DNA from: Candidatus Eiseniibacteriota bacterium
GTDB taxonomy: Bacteria > Eisenbacteria > RBG-16-71-46 > CAVPCR01
DNA: 64,000 bases
Direction of reading: 5' to 3'
NCBI GenBank assembly: GCA_963823555.1
Contig: CAWGMA010000001.1
Location: 864,001-928,000, forward strand
Position numbers and translations under genes: made by a program. The notes beneath the pieces are model-generated. The model was not told where the DNA came from, made no database searches, and was given only the letters and a program-made list of their open reading frames with translations. Positions 32,560-42,919 of this stretch are shown here, one piece after another; the stretch's first letter is position 1; the number at the start of each line of letters is the position of its first letter.

Positions 32560-32693
32560 CCTCCCTTTGGCTACTTTGCCCTGTCGCAAGCGCCCTCGGG
32601 CCCGGCTCCCTCGTCTGTGAGGCCGATCGGGTCGACGGGGTTGTGCGCCTTGTGCTCGGGGCCGCTCTTCATGCCACGTCAGGAAGCATTCTC

Positions 32694-33134
32694 ATGAAGA
32701 CTTACATTCCGAAGCAAGAGGACATCCGGCGGTCGCGGTCGTGGTTCGTCGTCGATGCCGACGGCATGCCGCTCGGACGCCTCGCCTCGGAGGTCGCGAA
32801 GATTCTCAAGGGCAAGCACAAGCCTGCCTACACGCCGCATCTGGACCTCGGTGATCACGTCGTGGTGGTCAACGCGGAGCGTGTTCTGCTCACGGGCCGC
32901 AAGGAAGAGCAGATGACCTACTATCGCCATTCGGGGTATCCGGGCGGCCTGCGCGCCACCCCGATCGCGGTTCTTCTGGCCAAGAAGCCCGAGGAAGTGG
33001 TGCGGCTCGCGGTGCGGGGCATGATCTCGAGAAACCGGCTGGGGCGCGCGATGATGAAGAAGCTCAAGGTCTATCGAGGCGCTGAGCATCCGCACGCCCC
33101 GCAGCAGCCGGAGCCGCTCAAGCTCCAGGGATAG
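32694..33134 (+). CDS. rplM: 50S ribosomal protein L13
   Basis: [24 protein letters not shown]. Confidence 0.98.
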   Translation: MKTYIPKQEDIRRSRSWFVVDADGMPLGRLASEVAKILKGKHKPAYTPHLDLGDHVVVVNAERVLLTGRKEEQMTYYRHSGYPGGLRATPIAVLLAKKPEEVVRLAVRGMISRNRLGRAMMKKLKVYRGAEHPHAPQQPEPLKLQG

Positions 33135-33255
33135 GCCTTTTCAACAGTGGGCCGCGCTGCCGCGCCGATCACCGCGGATCACCCGCGGCGTGCGGCTGCT
33201 GGACCCACGAAGACGTGGACCGGGCTGCGGTCAGAGGTCTCTTTAAGGAGAGTCG

Positions 33256-33645
33256 ATGGAGGAGAGGATTCTCGTCACTGGGCGACGCAAGAGCTCGGTG
33301 GCCCGTGTGTTCATGCGCCCTGGCAGCGGCAAGCTGATGGTGAACGGCCGCGAGCTCAAGGCTTATTTCAAGCGTGATGTGCTCGTCATCCAGGCCCTCG
33401 AACCGCTGACCGCCACCGAGACCAGGGATCGTTTCGATGTGGAAGCCATGGTGGTCGGCGGTGGATTGACCGGCCAGGCAGGCGCGCTCCGTCACGGTAT
33501 TGCCCGCGGTTTGACGCGGGCCATCCCCGAACTGCGGCCGAGTCTGCAGAAGGGTGGTTTCCTGACTCGCGACTCGCGGGAGAAGGAGCGCAAGAAGTAC
33601 GGGCAGCCTGGTGCGCGCAAGCGTTTCCAGTTCTCGAAGCGGTAG
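33256..33645 (+). CDS. rpsI: 30S ribosomal protein S9
   Basis: TGRRKSSVARV, GGGLTGQAGA, ARKRFQFSKR. Confidence 0.98.
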   Translation: MEERILVTGRRKSSVARVFMRPGSGKLMVNGRELKAYFKRDVLVIQALEPLTATETRDRFDVEAMVVGGGLTGQAGALRHGIARGLTRAIPELRPSLQKGGFLTRDSREKERKKYGQPGARKRFQFSKR

Positions 33646-33715
33646 TCGCTGCTTTGGCGGCTGACGCGCGGGCTTGCCTCCCGGCGGTCGTGGATGCTCG
33701 GATCTCGATCGCCAT

Positions 33716-33786
33716 CAACAAGCACGCCGCCCCCCTTCGGTTGCCGCCCCATCGCGGGACGGCTCGGGCGGCGGAGGACCAAACCG
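33716..33786 (+). promoter_or_regulatory. rpsB leader (S2 autoregulatory/t44-like RNA)
   Basis: GCAC-GCCGCCC...GGTTGCC...GGGCGGC-GGAGG..AAACC layout just upstream of rpsB. Confidence 0.7.
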
Positions 33787-33802
33787 AATGGCGGAGGAAT
33801 CC

Positions 33803-34591
33803 ATGGAGATCGGTCTGAGGGAACTCCTCGAAGCGGGAGTTCACTTCGGGCACCAGACCCGACGCTGGAACCCGAAGATGAAGCGCTACATTTTCATGGA
33901 GCGCAACGGCATCTACATTCTGGATCTGCAGAAGACCGTGGTTGCACTCGAGGCGGCGCGAAAGGCGGTCGAGACCGTAGCGCGGCGGGGCGGCACGGTG
34001 CTCTTCGTCGGTACCAAGCGCCAGGCCCGCGAGCCGTTGATGAGAGAAGCCGAGCGCTGCGGCATGTTCTATATCACCGAGCGCTGGCTCGGCGGCATGC
34101 TGACCAATTTCAAGACCATTCGTAGCTCGGTCAAGCGCCTGCTCGAGATCGAGACCATGGCTGCCGACGGCAGCTACGATCGCCTTTCGAAGAAGGAAGT
34201 CTCCCGCATCGAGAAGCAGCGTGTGCGTCTCGACAAGGTGTTCTGCGGCATCAAGCAGATGGAAAATGTTCCGGACCTGGTCTTCATCGTCGACACCAAG
34301 CATGAACGAATCGGTGTCAACGAGGCCAATCGCGTCGGGATTCCCATTATCGGCATCGTCGATACGAATTGCGACCCGGATCCGATCGACTACCCGATCC
34401 CGGGCAACGACGATGCTCTGCGCGCGATCGAACTCTACGCGCGCTTTGTTGGCGACGTCATCCTCAAGGTCAAGAGCGAGATGACGGAGGGTGAGGCGGT
34501 GGCACCCAGCGAGGCGGCAGCGGCCGGGGGCGATTCCACGGAGACGGTAGTGACCGCGGAAACGACCGCGTCGTCCGGAGAGACGTCATGA
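33803..34591 (+). CDS. rpsB: 30S ribosomal protein S2
   Basis: LLEAGVHFGHQTRRWNPKM, RWLGGMLTNF, PGNDD. Confidence 0.98.
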   Translation: MEIGLRELLEAGVHFGHQTRRWNPKMKRYIFMERNGIYILDLQKTVVALEAARKAVETVARRGGTVLFVGTKRQAREPLMREAERCGMFYITERWLGGMLTNFKTIRSSVKRLLEIETMAADGSYDRLSKKEVSRIEKQRVRLDKVFCGIKQMENVPDLVFIVDTKHERIGVNEANRVGIPIIGIVDTNCDPDPIDYPIPGNDDALRAIELYARFVGDVILKVKSEMTEGEAVAPSEAAAAGGDSTETVVTAETTASSGETS

Positions 34592-34602
34592 GCGGGGGGA
34601 CC

Positions 34603-35208
34603 ATGAGCAGCGAGACGATCAGCGCCACCCGCGTGCGCGAGTTGCGCGAGAAGACCGGCGTCGGGATGATGGACTGCAAGAAGGCACTGGCGGCTTCCGG
34701 CGGCGACATGGAGGCAGCGATCGAGCACCTGCGCAAGCAGGGCGTGGCGTCCGCGGCCAAGCGTTCGGGTCGGGAGACCCGAGAGGGACAGGTCTACGCC
34801 TACATCCATCCCGGCGGTCGCGTCGGCGTCATGATCGAAATCGGCTGCGAAACCGATTTCGTGGCCCGCACCGATGACTTCCAGAACTTCTGCCGGGAGA
34901 TGGCCATGCAGGTGGCGGCGACGGATGCGGTGGCTGTCGATCGCGATGGCCTGGCTGCCCATCGGGTGGAGGAGGAGCTCGCGATCTTCCGGGCCCAGGT
35001 CGAGGCCATGGGCAAGCCGGCTCAAGTCACCGACAAGATCGTCGAAGGCAAAATGGAGAAGTTCTACTCCGATGTCGTCCTCCTCGAGCAGGCCTACATC
35101 CGCGATCCCGAGCGCAAGGTGCGTGACTTGCTGACCGCAACCATCGCCAAGCTCGGCGAGAACATCACGGTGCGCCGCTTCACCAAGTATCGCCTCGGCG
35201 AGGAGTAG
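34603..35208 (+). CDS. tsf: Elongation factor Ts (short form)
   Basis: [23 protein letters not shown]. Confidence 0.97.
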   Translation: MSSETISATRVRELREKTGVGMMDCKKALAASGGDMEAAIEHLRKQGVASAAKRSGRETREGQVYAYIHPGGRVGVMIEIGCETDFVARTDDFQNFCREMAMQVAATDAVAVDRDGLAAHRVEEELAIFRAQVEAMGKPAQVTDKIVEGKMEKFYSDVVLLEQAYIRDPERKVRDLLTATIAKLGENITVRRFTKYRLGEE

Positions 35209-35297
35209 CAGGGACCGCACGGGCGACGCGGGCCCAGGGCGCCGTCTTTCGTCGGGCGCTCAACGATCGGCGCCGGCCGCGCGACTTGGAGGTCGAG

Positions 35298-36020
35298 TTG
35301 GCCAAAGCCCTCTACAAGCGCATCCTGCTCAAGCTCTCCGGCGAAGTCCTGGCCGGCGAGCAGGGATTCGGCATCGAGCCCAACCGGCTGGCCGAGATTG
35401 CCGAGGAAGTGGCCGAGGTGCGCGCCCTCGGCACCGAGATCGGCATCGTGATCGGGGGCGGCAACATCTTCCGCGGTCTCAAGGCCTCGGCGGCCGGCAT
35501 GGACCGCGTCAATGCCGATTACATGGGCATGCTGGCAACCGTGATCAACGGTCTTGCCCTTCAGGATCGGCTCGAGCAGATGGGCGTGTACACTCGCGTC
35601 CAGTCGGCCATCAACATGCAGCAGCTGTGCGAGCCCTTCATCCGACGGCGGGCCATCCGCCATCTCGAGAAGGGTCGGGTCGTGATCATGGCGGGCGGTA
35701 CCGGGAATCCCTATTTCACCACGGACACCGCCGCCGTCCTGCGCGGGATCGAGATCGAGGCCGATGTCATCCTCAAGGCCACCAAGGTCGAGGGGGTCTA
35801 CAGCGCCGATCCGATGCTCGATTCCAGCGCCATGTTCTTCGATCGGCTGAGCTATCTCGATGTCCTGAATCGTGGCCTGCAAGTGATCGACAAGGCGGCC
35901 ATATCCCTCTGCATGGATAACAAACTGCCGATCATCATCTTCAACCTGACGCAGCGTGGCAACATCAAGCGCGTTGTGCTCGGGGAGAAGGTGGGGACCC
36001 TTGTCTCGGTAGGAGCGTGA
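35298..36020 (+). CDS. pyrH: UMP kinase
   Basis: [25 protein letters not shown]. Confidence 0.98.
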   Translation: MAKALYKRILLKLSGEVLAGEQGFGIEPNRLAEIAEEVAEVRALGTEIGIVIGGGNIFRGLKASAAGMDRVNADYMGMLATVINGLALQDRLEQMGVYTRVQSAINMQQLCEPFIRRRAIRHLEKGRVVIMAGGTGNPYFTTDTAAVLRGIEIEADVILKATKVEGVYSADPMLDSSAMFFDRLSYLDVLNRGLQVIDKAAISLCMDNKLPIIIFNLTQRGNIKRVVLGEKVGTLVSVGA

Positions 36021-36021
36021 C

Positions 36022-36567
36022 GTGGAAAAGAAGGCTGAAGAGAGAATGGAGAAGGCGGTCGAGCATGTCCGGCACGAACTCGCGACCATTCGCACCGGAC
36101 GCGCGTCGCCTGCCCTCCTCGATGGGATCCGGATCGACTACTATGGCAGCCCCACCGCTCTCAATCAGGTCGCAGCCATCACGGTGCCCGAGCCCAGGCT
36201 CCTGGTCGTTCAGCCATACGAGCGCACCATCGTGACCGAGGTGGTGAAGGCGATCCAGAAGGCGGATCTCGGGTTGAATCCCTCGAGCGATGGCACACTG
36301 GTTCGGTTACCGATTCCGCCGCTGAACGAGGAGCGCCGCAAGCAACTGGCCAAGCATGCCTCCAAGCTCACCGAGGACGGCAAGGTGGCCGTCCGCAATA
36401 TCCGGCGTGAAGTCAACGACGAGATCAAGAAGATGCAGCATGACGGTGAGATGAGCGAGGACGAGGCCCATCGCGCCACCGCCGACGTGCAGAGGCACAC
36501 CGATCAGGCGATCAAGCGGCTGGACGAGATCCTGGAGAGGAAACGCCAGGAAATCATGGAGGTCTAG
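36022..36567 (+). CDS. frr: Ribosome recycling factor
   Basis: IRTGRASPALLD, PPLNEERRK, VRNIRR. Confidence 0.97.
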   Translation: MEKKAEERMEKAVEHVRHELATIRTGRASPALLDGIRIDYYGSPTALNQVAAITVPEPRLLVVQPYERTIVTEVVKAIQKADLGLNPSSDGTLVRLPIPPLNEERRKQLAKHASKLTEDGKVAVRNIRREVNDEIKKMQHDGEMSEDEAHRATADVQRHTDQAIKRLDEILERKRQEIMEV

Positions 36568-36648
36568 CCCTGGTTGTTGTTGTTGGTCCACGCCGCGCGG
36601 CCGTAGTCCGGGCGCGGGGTGGGCGCCGGCGCTAGAAACCGCGCAACC

Positions 36649-37401
36649 ATGCAGGAATCGAAGAGCCAGAAAGAGGCCCCCTCCGCCGCCGCCCTGCCGC
36701 AGAAGGCACCGCGTCATGTGGCCATCATCATGGATGGCAACGGGCGCTGGGCGCAGCAGCGGGGAATGCCGCGTATCTGGGGGCACCAGCAGGGGCGCAA
36801 GTCGGTGCGCGAAGTCGTCGAGACGGCGAGTCGTCTCGGGGTCGAATATCTCACGCTATACACCTTCTCGAGCGAGAACTGGAGCCGCCCGCGCCCCGAA
36901 GTGGAAGCGCTCATGCGCTTCCTCGATAGCACTCTGATCGAGGAGCGGCAGGAGCTCAAGCGCTCGAACGTCAGGCTGCGCACGATCGGCCATGTCGAGG
37001 CGCTCCCCAAGCACGTGCAGCGAGTACTTGCGGAGACCATCGAATTCCTGAAGGACTCGACCGGTCTGACCCTGGTTCTCGCGCTATCCTATGGTGGGCG
37101 CGACGAGATCGTCGATGCTGCAAGGAGCCTTGCCGAGGCCTGCGTTCGTGGGGAGCTCAAGCCGGGTGAGATCGGGCCGGAGGCGTTCGCGGGGTATCTC
37201 GCGACCGCCGGCATCCCCGATCCCGATCTCCTGATCCGAACCAGCGGCGAGATGCGAATCTCCAACTTCCTGCTCTGGCAACTCGCCTATGCCGAGATCT
37301 ACATCACGAAGGTCTTGTGGCCCGATTTCCGGGGCCAGCACCTGATCGAAGCGGTGGAGGAGTACAACCGGCGAGAGCGGCGATTTGGTCGCGTGGAATG
37401 A
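36649..37401 (+). CDS. uppS: Undecaprenyl diphosphate synthase
   Basis: HVAIIMDGNGRWA, FSSENWSRP, RTSGEMRISNF, RERRFG. Confidence 0.97.
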   Translation: MQESKSQKEAPSAAALPQKAPRHVAIIMDGNGRWAQQRGMPRIWGHQQGRKSVREVVETASRLGVEYLTLYTFSSENWSRPRPEVEALMRFLDSTLIEERQELKRSNVRLRTIGHVEALPKHVQRVLAETIEFLKDSTGLTLVLALSYGGRDEIVDAARSLAEACVRGELKPGEIGPEAFAGYLATAGIPDPDLLIRTSGEMRISNFLLWQLAYAEIYITKVLWPDFRGQHLIEAVEEYNRRERRFGRVE

Positions 37402-37441
37402 AGCGACCGGGCCCAGCCCGCGGGTGGGCCGGGACTCGCTC

Positions 37442-38260
37442 ATGCTGCGTCTCGTCTCCGGGGCCGTTTTCGTCCCCATCCTGATCGCCCTCTCTCTGGC
37501 TGGGCGGACGGTCTTCCTGGGGTTCGTTCTCCTGTTCGTTCTTCTCGGGCTCCTCGAGTTCTACCGCCTGCTCATGGCGAAGGGAGAGCGGCCGTACCGG
37601 ATCCTGGGCGTGGCGGCCGGGCTCCTGCTCGTCATCTCCGTCTACTTCCGGCTCGGGGTCCATGCCAACCTCCTCTTGACGGTCGTTCTCGTCCTGACCA
37701 TGACCGTCGAGCTATTTCGCGCCGACAACCGGGGGGCGGTCGACGCCATCGGTGGAACCCTGTTCGGGGTCTTCTACGTCGCCTGGCTGGGCAGTCATCT
37801 GGTATCGTTGCGTGAGCTACCGCGAATGGCGGGAATCAGTTACGGGAGCGGAGCCGAGTTCATCCTGTTCCTCTTCCTCTGCACCTGGGGGTGCGATACG
37901 GGGGCCTACCTGACCGGCCGAGCCGCGGGGAAGCATCCCCTCCTGGCGCGGGTAAGTCCCAAGAAGTCGGTCGAGGGGGCGCTCGGCGGGCTGGTCGCCG
38001 GGGGGCTCCTCGGGCTTGCGGCGGGGATGACATTCGCCGACCTGCTGGGGCCCGGCCGGGGTTTCTGGTTTGGGCTCCTGATCGCCGGTAGCGGTCAGGT
38101 GGGGGATCTCGTCGAGTCGCTCCTGAAACGTGATGCGGCCGTCAAGGACTCCGTGGCGGCGATGACGATCCCCGGACATGGCGGGGTTCTGGACCGTTTC
38201 GATTCGATCCTGTTCGCGGCGCCGGTCTTCTACTATGTGCTCCGTGCGATACTGCTTTGA
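37442..38260 (+). CDS. cdsA: Phosphatidate cytidylyltransferase
   Basis: DTGAY, SPKKSVEG, GDLVESLLKR, PGHGGVLDRFDS. Confidence 0.96.
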   Translation: MLRLVSGAVFVPILIALSLAGRTVFLGFVLLFVLLGLLEFYRLLMAKGERPYRILGVAAGLLLVISVYFRLGVHANLLLTVVLVLTMTVELFRADNRGAVDAIGGTLFGVFYVAWLGSHLVSLRELPRMAGISYGSGAEFILFLFLCTWGCDTGAYLTGRAAGKHPLLARVSPKKSVEGALGGLVAGGLLGLAAGMTFADLLGPGRGFWFGLLIAGSGQVGDLVESLLKRDAAVKDSVAAMTIPGHGGVLDRFDSILFAAPVFYYVLRAILL

Positions 38261-38302
38261 GGGGAGTCCGATCTCCACCTGACCGATCATCGAGGAGAAC
38301 GC

Positions 38303-39538
38303 TTGACGCCAACGCAATCAAAGGCCGGGAGGACGGGCGGCGGGTTTGCCCCCCGGCGTGTCGTCGTTCTCGGCTCGACCGGCTCCGTGGGCCGGAATGC
38401 CCTCGAGGTCGCGACCCAATTCCCTGACCGCCTTGAAGTGATCGGCCTCGCCGCCGGGCGCGAGGCGGGTCTCCTGGCCCAACAGGCACAGCGCTTCGGC
38501 GTCCGCCGGGTGGCCGTGGCCGACGGCGACGCGGCCGCGCGTCATGGTCTGGCGGGAGGGGAGCAGGCGATCCTCGATCTCGCGACCCTCGAGGACGCGG
38601 ACATCGTGCTGAATGCGATCGTGGGCGCCGCCGGGCTGCGCGCATCGCTGGCTGCTCTCGAGGCCGGAAAGACCCTGGCGCTGGCCAACAAGGAAAGCCT
38701 GGTGGTTGCCGGTGAGCTCTTGACCGCAGTGGCTGCGCGCCACGGAGCCGAGATCATCCCCATCGATTCCGAGCACAACGCAGCCCTCCAGTGCCTGGCG
38801 CGGACCGAAGCCGACGAAGTGGAGCGATTGATCTTGACCGCTTCCGGCGGACCGTTCCGCACCCGGCCACGGGCCGAGCTCGAGAACGTCGTTCTCGAGG
38901 AGGTGTTGAACCATCCCACCTGGTCGATGGGGCCGCGTATCACGGTCGATTCCGCCACCCTCTTGAACAAGGGCTTCGAGGTGATCGAGGCGAGGTGGTT
39001 GTTCGGGCTCCCACTCGCTCGCGTCCAGGTGCTCATTCACCCGCAGTCCATCATGCATGCCGTACTCGAATTGAACGACGGCTCGGTACTCGCCATGATG
39101 TCCAGTCCGGATATGCGCATTCCGATCCAGTACGCACTCTCGTATCCAGAGCGCTGGCCGGCGGCCTGGAACCCCCTCGATCTCGCTCGTATCGGCACTC
39201 TCAGCTTTGAAGAGCCTGACCGCGAGCGCTTCCCCTGTCTGGACCTGGCCATGGTCGCAGCGGAACAGGGGGGAACCGCGCCCGCCGTGCTCAATGCCGC
39301 CGACGAGGCGCTGGTCCGGGCGCTGTTGGCCGGCCGGCTGCGCTTCATCGATCTGCCGGAGATCCTGGCCGAGATCTTGGCTGAGCACAAACCTAGTCCC
39401 GCAACGGATCTCGATGACATCCTGGCAGCGGACCGCTGGGCGCGCGAAGCGGTCGAGCGGCGGCTCGCCAGCGCGCCGCCAGGTGTACGGGAAGACCCAG
39501 TTTCATTGCCCTCCGAAACGACCGGAGGAGGATCATGA
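38303..39538 (+). CDS. dxr: 1-deoxy-D-xylulose-5-phosphate reductoisomerase
   Basis: LGSTGSVG, LANKESLV, PIDSEH, TASGGPF, HPTWSMG. Confidence 0.97.
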   Translation: MTPTQSKAGRTGGGFAPRRVVVLGSTGSVGRNALEVATQFPDRLEVIGLAAGREAGLLAQQAQRFGVRRVAVADGDAAARHGLAGGEQAILDLATLEDADIVLNAIVGAAGLRASLAALEAGKTLALANKESLVVAGELLTAVAARHGAEIIPIDSEHNAALQCLARTEADEVERLILTASGGPFRTRPRAELENVVLEEVLNHPTWSMGPRITVDSATLLNKGFEVIEARWLFGLPLARVQVLIHPQSIMHAVLELNDGSVLAMMSSPDMRIPIQYALSYPERWPAAWNPLDLARIGTLSFEEPDRERFPCLDLAMVAAEQGGTAPAVLNAADEALVRALLAGRLRFIDLPEILAEILAEHKPSPATDLDDILAADRWAREAVERRLASAPPGVREDPVSLPSETTGGGS

Positions 39539-40875
39539 GTATCGTCTACGGCATTCTCGTTCTCGGGCTCGTGGTCCTGATCCACGAGCTCGGACACTTC
39601 CTCGTTGCCCGCGGCTTCGGCGTTCGCGTGGAGAAGTTCTCGATCGGGTTCGGCCCATCCCTCGTGGCGCGTCGCATCGGTGACACGGTGTATGCGATAT
39701 CGGCCGTGCCGCTCGGCGGCTATGTGAAGATGGCCGGTGAGCACGTGGAAGACGCGGGGAGGGCCGGCGCCGCGGACGAGTTCCTCTCACAGCACTGGGC
39801 CAAGCGTTTCGCCATCGTGGTCGCCGGCCCGATGGCCAACCTCGTGCTCGCCATCGTGGCCAACTGCCTGGTCGGCATCCTCGGCTACCAGCTGTCGACG
39901 CCGCCCAACCTGATCGACACCGCCTCGGGGCCGGCGGCGGCGGCCGGTTTCCTCGCCGGCGATCGCGTGGTCGCGGTCGGCGGAGAGCCGGTCCGATCCT
40001 GGCACGGGTTCCTGGAGGCGCTCGACCGGGTCCCGGAAGATCGCCCGGCCGAGATCGAGGTCGAGCGCTCGACGGGAACGGCCGCGCTCGTCATCCCGGC
40101 GGGCATGAGCGTCGAGGTCGCTGATGCGTTGACGCCATACGCCGAGTCCTTGGTCGGCGATGCCGCGCCCGGCATGCCGGCGGATCAGGCGGGTCTCAAG
40201 GCCGGCGACCGCATCGTGGCCGTGGATGGCACTCCGGTCACCACCTGGGAGGAAATGCGGCAGCTCATCAGCGTTCGACCCGGGGACGAGGTCCATCTCG
40301 ATTTCGAGCGGGATGGTGAGCGCTACTCGGCCAAGGTGCGCACGCTATCGCAGGAGGATCCCGACACCGGGGCGCGCGTCGGGGTCATCGGCATCACGCT
40401 GCCGACGGTCAAGGTCACGCTTCCGCCCGGCGCGGCGGTCACGGCGGGATTCACCCAGACCTGGTACATGGTGGGTATAACCTATCGCGGGTTCTTCGAC
40501 CTTGTCACCGCGCCCAAGGAGGCCATGCACCAGGTGGCCGGTCCGATCACCATCGCCCAGATCGCCGGCGCCTCGGTCGAGCGCGGGGCCGGGCGGGCCG
40601 CTCACCTCATCGCCTTCATCTCGGTCGCGCTCATGGCGCTCAATCTGCTCCCGATTCCGATTCTCGACGGGGGACACGCCTTCCTCTTCTTGATCGAGGG
40701 ATTGCGCGGGAGACGCATATCCGAGAGGAGTCAAATCGCCTTCCAGAAGGTCGGACTCGTGGTGATCGGGAGTCTCTTCATCTTCGCCCTGGTGAACGAC
40801 TCGCTCCGCGCTTTCGATCACTGGCGCGCGCGGAAGGAGCTCAACCAGCAAGCGCCCGCCGAACGATCACCGTGA
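39535..40875 (+). CDS. rseP: RIP metalloprotease RseP
   Basis: HELGH, two PDZ-like domains, NLLPIPILDGG. Confidence 0.96.
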   Translation: MSIVYGILVLGLVVLIHELGHFLVARGFGVRVEKFSIGFGPSLVARRIGDTVYAISAVPLGGYVKMAGEHVEDAGRAGAADEFLSQHWAKRFAIVVAGPMANLVLAIVANCLVGILGYQLSTPPNLIDTASGPAAAAGFLAGDRVVAVGGEPVRSWHGFLEALDRVPEDRPAEIEVERSTGTAALVIPAGMSVEVADALTPYAESLVGDAAPGMPADQAGLKAGDRIVAVDGTPVTTWEEMRQLISVRPGDEVHLDFERDGERYSAKVRTLSQEDPDTGARVGVIGITLPTVKVTLPPGAAVTAGFTQTWYMVGITYRGFFDLVTAPKEAMHQVAGPITIAQIAGASVERGAGRAAHLIAFISVALMALNLLPIPILDGGHAFLFLIEGLRGRRISERSQIAFQKVGLVVIGSLFIFALVNDSLRAFDHWRARKELNQQAPAERSP

Positions 40876-42844
40876 CCGGCCGGGATCATGGAGTCCTGAT
40901 CCCCCCCCTGTCGCTGGCCCTGGCCGGGCTGTTCCTGATCGGCTGGGCGCCGCCTGCACGCGGCGCCCGCGCCCTACCTGACGTCGAGAGCATCGAGATC
41001 CTGGGTGCCGAGCATGTCTCGCCCGGACGCGTGCGCGACCTCATGCGCACACGGAGCAAGTCCTTCTGGCGTCCCTTCTCGAAGGCCCCATACCGGCGCG
41101 ACATCCTCCTCGAAGACCTGACCCGCATCGAATCCTACTACCGGAACCAGGGTTATCTGTCGGCTACCACCGAGTTGCTCGCCCCGGAGCCAGGCGTGCC
41201 TGCCGAACGGGTGCACGTCGTGATCAAGGTCACGGAGGGGCCCTTGACCCGGGTTCTGGCTGTCGCCTTCGCCGGGCACCGCGCGGTCAAGCAGGAGGTG
41301 CTGATCAAGGCTGTGCAGACGACTGCCGGGGAGCCGTACTCGGAGAACCGGGTGGCGCTCGATCGGCTGCGGCTGATCGAGCTCTATGCCGACCGCGGCC
41401 GACCTTACACTCTGGTCAGCGACTCCACGGCGATCGACAGTCTCGGAGCGCGGGTCGTCTTCCTCATCGAGGAGGCTCCGGGAACTCGCGTGCGCACCGT
41501 CGACATCGAGGGTGCCACGAGCACCAAGGAATACGTCGTCCGACGCGAGGTCACCCTCGAGCGCGGCGATCTTCTCCGTCGCACCCAGGTGCTGAAGAGC
41601 CGGGAGCAACTGCTCGAGACCGGGCTCTTCCGCGACGCCCGGGTCCAGCCCGCGCTCGTCGACTCGACCCTACCTCCACCGCTCATGGATCTCCATGTGA
41701 GCGTGGTCGAGCGCAAGATGGGCTGGATGCTGGGTGGTATCGGTTACAACTCCTCGAATCAGGTCCGATTCTCGGGCGAAGTGGGCCATCGCAACATGTT
41801 CGGTAATGCGCAGCGCCTGGTGGCTCGGGGGCGTGTCGCCCTCGATGCCGATGCCATCTTCGACGAGAGCTTGCCGTCGGTCGCGCAGAGCGGTGTGGAG
41901 CTCTCGTTCGTGGAGCCGTGGCTGCTCTCGACGCGCACGCTGGGCTCGGCGACCGTCTTCCGCGAGACCTCCCGCCTGCCGACCGTGCAAACCGGTCAGG
42001 GCGGCCCGGTCCGCGGGACGGGCACCGAGGCGGCGAACGGCATCGCCCTGGCCGCCGAGCGCCGGTTCGGCATCCGCAGTCGGCTCCGCTCCACGTTGCA
42101 GCAACGGTGGGTGACACAGGAGTACCAGCTCGAAGGCGGTGCCGACTCCACCCGGAAATTCGTCGCCCGCTCGGTCAACTTCCTCGTCGAGCGCGACCGA
42201 CGGGACAATCCGTTCGACCCCTTGGTCGGTTCTTTCCAGAACGTGTTCACCGAGATCTCGGGGGAGCCCTCGGTGGGACCTCGGACTTCTTCAAGCTGAG
42301 CGTGTCCGCGAGCTGGTACCGTCCGCTGCGCGGCGTGGTCCTGGCCACTCGACTGCGCGGCGGCTGGATCCGTCCGTTCAACGTCTCGCCCGGGGTGACG
42401 CCGCTCTCCATGGTGCCCTTCGAAGATCGTTTCCGCGCCGGAGGCGCGGTCACGGTACGCGGCTATCCCGAGGATTCGCTTGGTCCCCAGATCCTCACCC
42501 CTGGCCAGCAGGCTCCAGCCACGCTGCGCGGCCTCTTCGTGCTCATCGGCAACGTCGAGCTTCGGTTTCCTCTCGCCTGGCGCCTCTCGGGGGCGGTGTT
42601 CCTCGATGGGGGCAACGTCTGGGAGGAAGTCCACGATCTGAGCCTCGATGACTTCTTTCCCGATTTGAACAATGCCAAGATCGAGGATGTCCGCTACACG
42701 ACCGGAGGGGGACTCCGGCTCGGCACGCCGGTGGGCCCGCTCCGGCTCGACTACGGGCATACTCTCGTCCGCGGAGAGCCCGAGCGCGTGGTCGCGGCCA
42801 CGCGTGGCGGGGAATGGCATTTCAGTCTCGGCCAGGCCTTCTAG
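40872..42844 (+). CDS. Omp85-family protein (TamA/BamA-like), frameshifted at ~42262
   Basis: POTRA repeats and start of the barrel in one frame; RFRAGGAVTVRGY, TPVGPLRLDYG, FSLGQAF in another. Confidence 0.9.
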
Positions 42845-42919
42845 GCGGGCAGTGGGCAGGACCATGCGGCCACAACGGGATCGAGCGAGCAGGTCGGGCC
42901 AGGGCCGGGAGGCTCTGGC

